Under the pieces are notes generated by a model that saw only the letters and a list, made by a program, of their open reading frames with translations, searched no databases and was not told where the DNA came from. A DNA stretch of 64,000 nt. Origin: Eutreptiella sp. 'Long Island Sound 2002' (taxonomy: Eukaryota; Protista; Euglenida). Position 1 is the stretch's first letter. The number at the start of each line of letters is the position of its first letter. Position numbers and translations under genes: made by a program. The stretch covers positions 6,510,001 to 6,574,000 of the forward strand of contig OZ038379.1 of NCBI GenBank assembly GCA_964036045.1, read 5' to 3'. Positions 60,501 through 64,000 of this stretch are shown here, in pieces.

Positions 60501-63500
60501 CCGCTGCATGCCCTGTACACCCGGTGCATGCCCTGTACACCCGGTGCCTGCCCTGCACACCCGGTGCATGCCCTGTACACCCGGTGCATGCCCTGCACAC
60601 CCGCTGCATGCCCTGTACACCCGGTGCATGCCCTGCACACCCGGTGCATGCCCTGCACACCCGCTGCGTGCCCTGTACACCCGGTGCATGCCCTGCACAC
60701 CCGGTGCATGCCCTGTGCACCCGGTGCATGCCCTGCACACCCGCTGCATGCCCTGTACACCCGCTGCATGCCCTGCACACCCGGTGCATGCCCTGTACAC
60801 CCGGTGCATGCCCTGCACACCCGGTGCATGCCCTGTACACCCGGTGCATGCCCTGCACACCCGGTGCATGCCCTGTACACCCGGTGCATGCCCTGCACAC
60901 CCGGTGCATGCCCTGTACACCCGGTGCATGCCCTGCACACCCGGTGCATGCCCTGTACACCCGGTGCATGCCCTGCACACCCGGTGCATGCCCTGCACAC
61001 CCGCTGCATGCCCTGTACACCCGGTGCATGCCCTGCACACCCGCTGCATGCCCTGTACACCCGGTGCATGCCCTGCACACCCGGTGCATGCCCTGCACAC
61101 CCGGTGCATGCCCTGCACACCCGGTGCATGCCCTGTACACCCGCTGCATGCCCTGGACACCTGGTGCATGCCCTGTGCACCCGGTGCATGCCCTGTACAC
61201 CCGGTGCATGCCCTGCACACCCGCTGCATGCCCTGCACACCCGCTGCATGCCCTGTACACCCGGTGCATGCCCTGTACACCCGGTGCATGCCCTGCACAG
61301 CCGGTGCATGCCCTGTACACCCGGTGCATGCCCTGCACAGCCGGTGCATGCCCTGTACACCCGCTGCATGCCCTGTACACCCGGTGCATGCCCTGTACAC
61401 CCGGTGCATGCCCTGCACACCCGGTGCATGCCCTGCACACCCGGTGCATGCCCTGTACACCCGCTGCATGCCCTGTACACCCGGTGCATGCCCTGTACAC
61501 CCGTTGCATGCCCTGTGCACCCGGTGCATGCCCTGTACACCCGGTGCATGCCCTGTACACCCGCTGCATGCCCTGTACACCCGGTGCATGCCCTGCACAC
61601 CCGGTGCATGCCCTGTACACCCGGTGCATGCCCTGCACACCCGGTGCATGCCCTGTACACCCGGTGCATGCCCTGCACACCCGGTGCATGCCCTGCACAC
61701 CCCCTGCATGCCCTGCACACCCGGTGCATGCCCTGCACACCCGGTGCATGCCCTGCACACCCGGTGCATGCCCTGCACACCCGCTGCATGCCCTGCACAC
61801 CCGGTGCATGCCCTGCACACCCGGTGCATGCCCTGTACACCCGGTGCATGCCCTGTACACCCGGTGCATGCCCTGTACACCCGCTGCATGCCCTGTACAC
61901 CCGGTGCATGCCCTGTACACCCGGTGCATGCCCTGCACACCCGCTGCATGCCCTGCACACCCCCTGCATGCCCTGCACACCCGGTGCATGCCCTGCACAC
62001 CCGGTGCAGGCCCTGCACACCCGGTGCATGCCCTGCACACCCCCTGCATGCCCTGCACACCCGGTGCATGCCCTGCACACCCGCTGCATGCCCTGTACAC
62101 CCGGTGCATGCCCTGTACACCCGGTGCATGCCCTGCACACCCGGTGCATGCCCTGCACACCCGGTGCATGCCCTGTACACCCGGTGCATGCCCTGCACAC
62201 CCGCTGCATGCCCTGCACACCCGGTGCATGCCCTGCACACCCGGTGCATGCCCTGTACACCCGGTGCATGCCCTGCACACCCGGTGCATGCCCTGCACAC
62301 CCGCTGCATGCCCTGTACACCCGGTGCATGCCCTGTACACCCGGTGCATGCCCTGCACACTTGCTGCATGCCCTGTACACCCGCTGCATGCCCTGCACCG
62401 CCGGTGCATGCCCTGTACACCCGGTGCATGCCCTGTACACCCGCTGCATGCCCTGCACACCCGCTGCATGCCCTGTACACCCGGTGCATGCCCTGCACAC
62501 CCGCTGCATGCCCTGTACACCCGGTGCATGCCCTGCACACCCGGTGCATGCCCTGTACACCCGCTGCATGCCCTGTACACCCGCTGCATGTCCTGCACAC
62601 CCGGTGCATGCCCTGTACACCCGGTGCATGCCCTGTACACCCGGTGCATGCCCTGTACACCCGGTGCATGCCCTGTACACCCGGTGCATGCCCTGTACAC
62701 CCGGTGCATGCCCTGCACACCCGCTGCATGCCCTGTACACCCGGTGCATGCCCTGTACACCCGGTGCATGCCCTGCACACCCGCTGCATGCCCTGCACAC
62801 CCGGTGCATGCCCTGTACACCCGGTGCATGCCCTGTACACCCGCTGCATGCCCTGTACACCCGGTGCATGCCCTGTACACCCGGTGCATGCCCTGCACAC
62901 CCGGTGCATGCCCTGCACACCCGGTGCATGCCCTGTACACCCGGTGCATGCCCTGCACACCCGCTGCATGCCCTGTACACCCGCTGCATGCCCTGTACAC
63001 CCGGTGCATGCCCTGTACACCCGGTGCATGCCCTGCACACCCGCTGCATGCCCTGTACACCCGGTGCATGCCCTGTACACCCGGTGCATGCCCTGTACAC
63101 CCGGTGCATGCCCTGTACACCCGCTGCATGCCCTGTACACCCGGTGCATGCCCTGTACACCCGGTGCATGCCCTGTACACCCGGTGCATGCCCTGTACAC
63201 CCGCTGCATGCCCTGTACACCCGGTGCATGCCCTGTACACCCGGTGCATGCCCTGCACACCCGGTGCATGCCCTGTACACCCGGTGCATGCCCTGCACAC
63301 CCGCTGCATGCCCTGTACACCCGGTGCATGCCCTGTACACCCGGTGCATGCCCTGCACACCCGCTGCATGCCCTGTACACCCGGTGCATGCCCTGCACAC
63401 CCGCTGCATGCCCTGTACACCCGGTGCATGCCCTGTACACCCGGTGCATGCCCTGTACACCCGCTGCATGCCCTGCACACCCGGTGCATGCCCTGTACAC

Positions 63501-64000
63501 CCGGTGCATGCCCTGTACACCCGGTGCATGCCCTGTACACCCGGTGCATGCCCTGCACACCCGGTGCATGCCCTGTACACCCGGTGCATGCCCTGTACAC
63601 CCGGTGCATGCCCTGCAACCCGGTGCATGCCCTGTACACCCGGTGCATGCCCTGCACACCCGCTGCATGCCCTGTACACCCGGTGCATGCCCTGCACACC
63701 CGGTGCATGCCCTGTACACCCGGTGCATGCCCTGTACACCCGGTGCATGCCCTGCACACCCGGTGCATGCCCTGCACACCCGCTGCATGCCCTGTACACC
63801 CGGTGCATGCCCTGTACACCCGGTGCATGCCCTGCACACCCGCTGCATGCCCTGTACACCCGGTGCATGCCCTGTACACCCGGTGCATGCCCTGCACACC
63901 CGGTGCATGCCCTGTACACCCGCTGCATGCCCTGTACACCCGCTGCATGCCCTGCACACCCGGTGCATGCCCTGTACACCCGGTGCATGCCCTGTACACC
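54597..64000 (-). repeat. Same 20-bp satellite, >=470 units, runs off the window
   Basis: (CATGCCCTG[T/C]ACACCCG[G/C]TG)n with rare variants and 1-bp indel units at ~57231, 58272, 60313 and 63617. Confidence 0.98.

Noticed and set aside
54514-63999. Three >3100-aa ORFs (and the 350-520 aa ORFs at 40348-42311)
   Set aside because: The 20-bp unit has no stop codon in any frame, so all frames are open. The array lies in a GT-AG intron, and 1-bp indel units swap frames freely.

Overview
Eukaryotic nuclear DNA, not prokaryotic: GT-AG spliceosomal introns, many homopolymer G/C runs, micro- and minisatellites, and decayed transposons. It is probably euglenid (Eutreptiella-like); this is inference from an acceptor-like AG just before two start codons and from the repeat style. 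Three genes are well supported. (1) A two-exon ZIP/SLC39 metal transporter with a His-rich luminal N-terminal domain (minus, 21070-17394). (2) A two-exon, probably mitochondrion-targeted protein with 14 near-identical 39-aa OPR-like repeats and a C-terminal RAP domain (minus, 26962-23156). (3) A multi-exon beta-rich glycoprotein present twice, as the arms of a ~6.15-kb inverted duplication centred on a 200-N gap (41821-47966 vs 48441-54597). Its fourth visible intron holds a 20-bp satellite of ~51 units in one arm and >=470 units in the other. Intergenic DNA contains small TIR elements whose two ends also carry direct repeats, three related RNase H copies (one intact and inside TA-flanked TIRs), an ISL2EU/IS5-like transposase remnant, a Ulp1-like protease remnant, an ~85-bp hairpin satellite and tRNA-like elements, one with a CUA anticodon. 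The multi-thousand-aa ORFs at the right end are satellite artefacts. All family assignments come from motifs read by eye; no searches were run.
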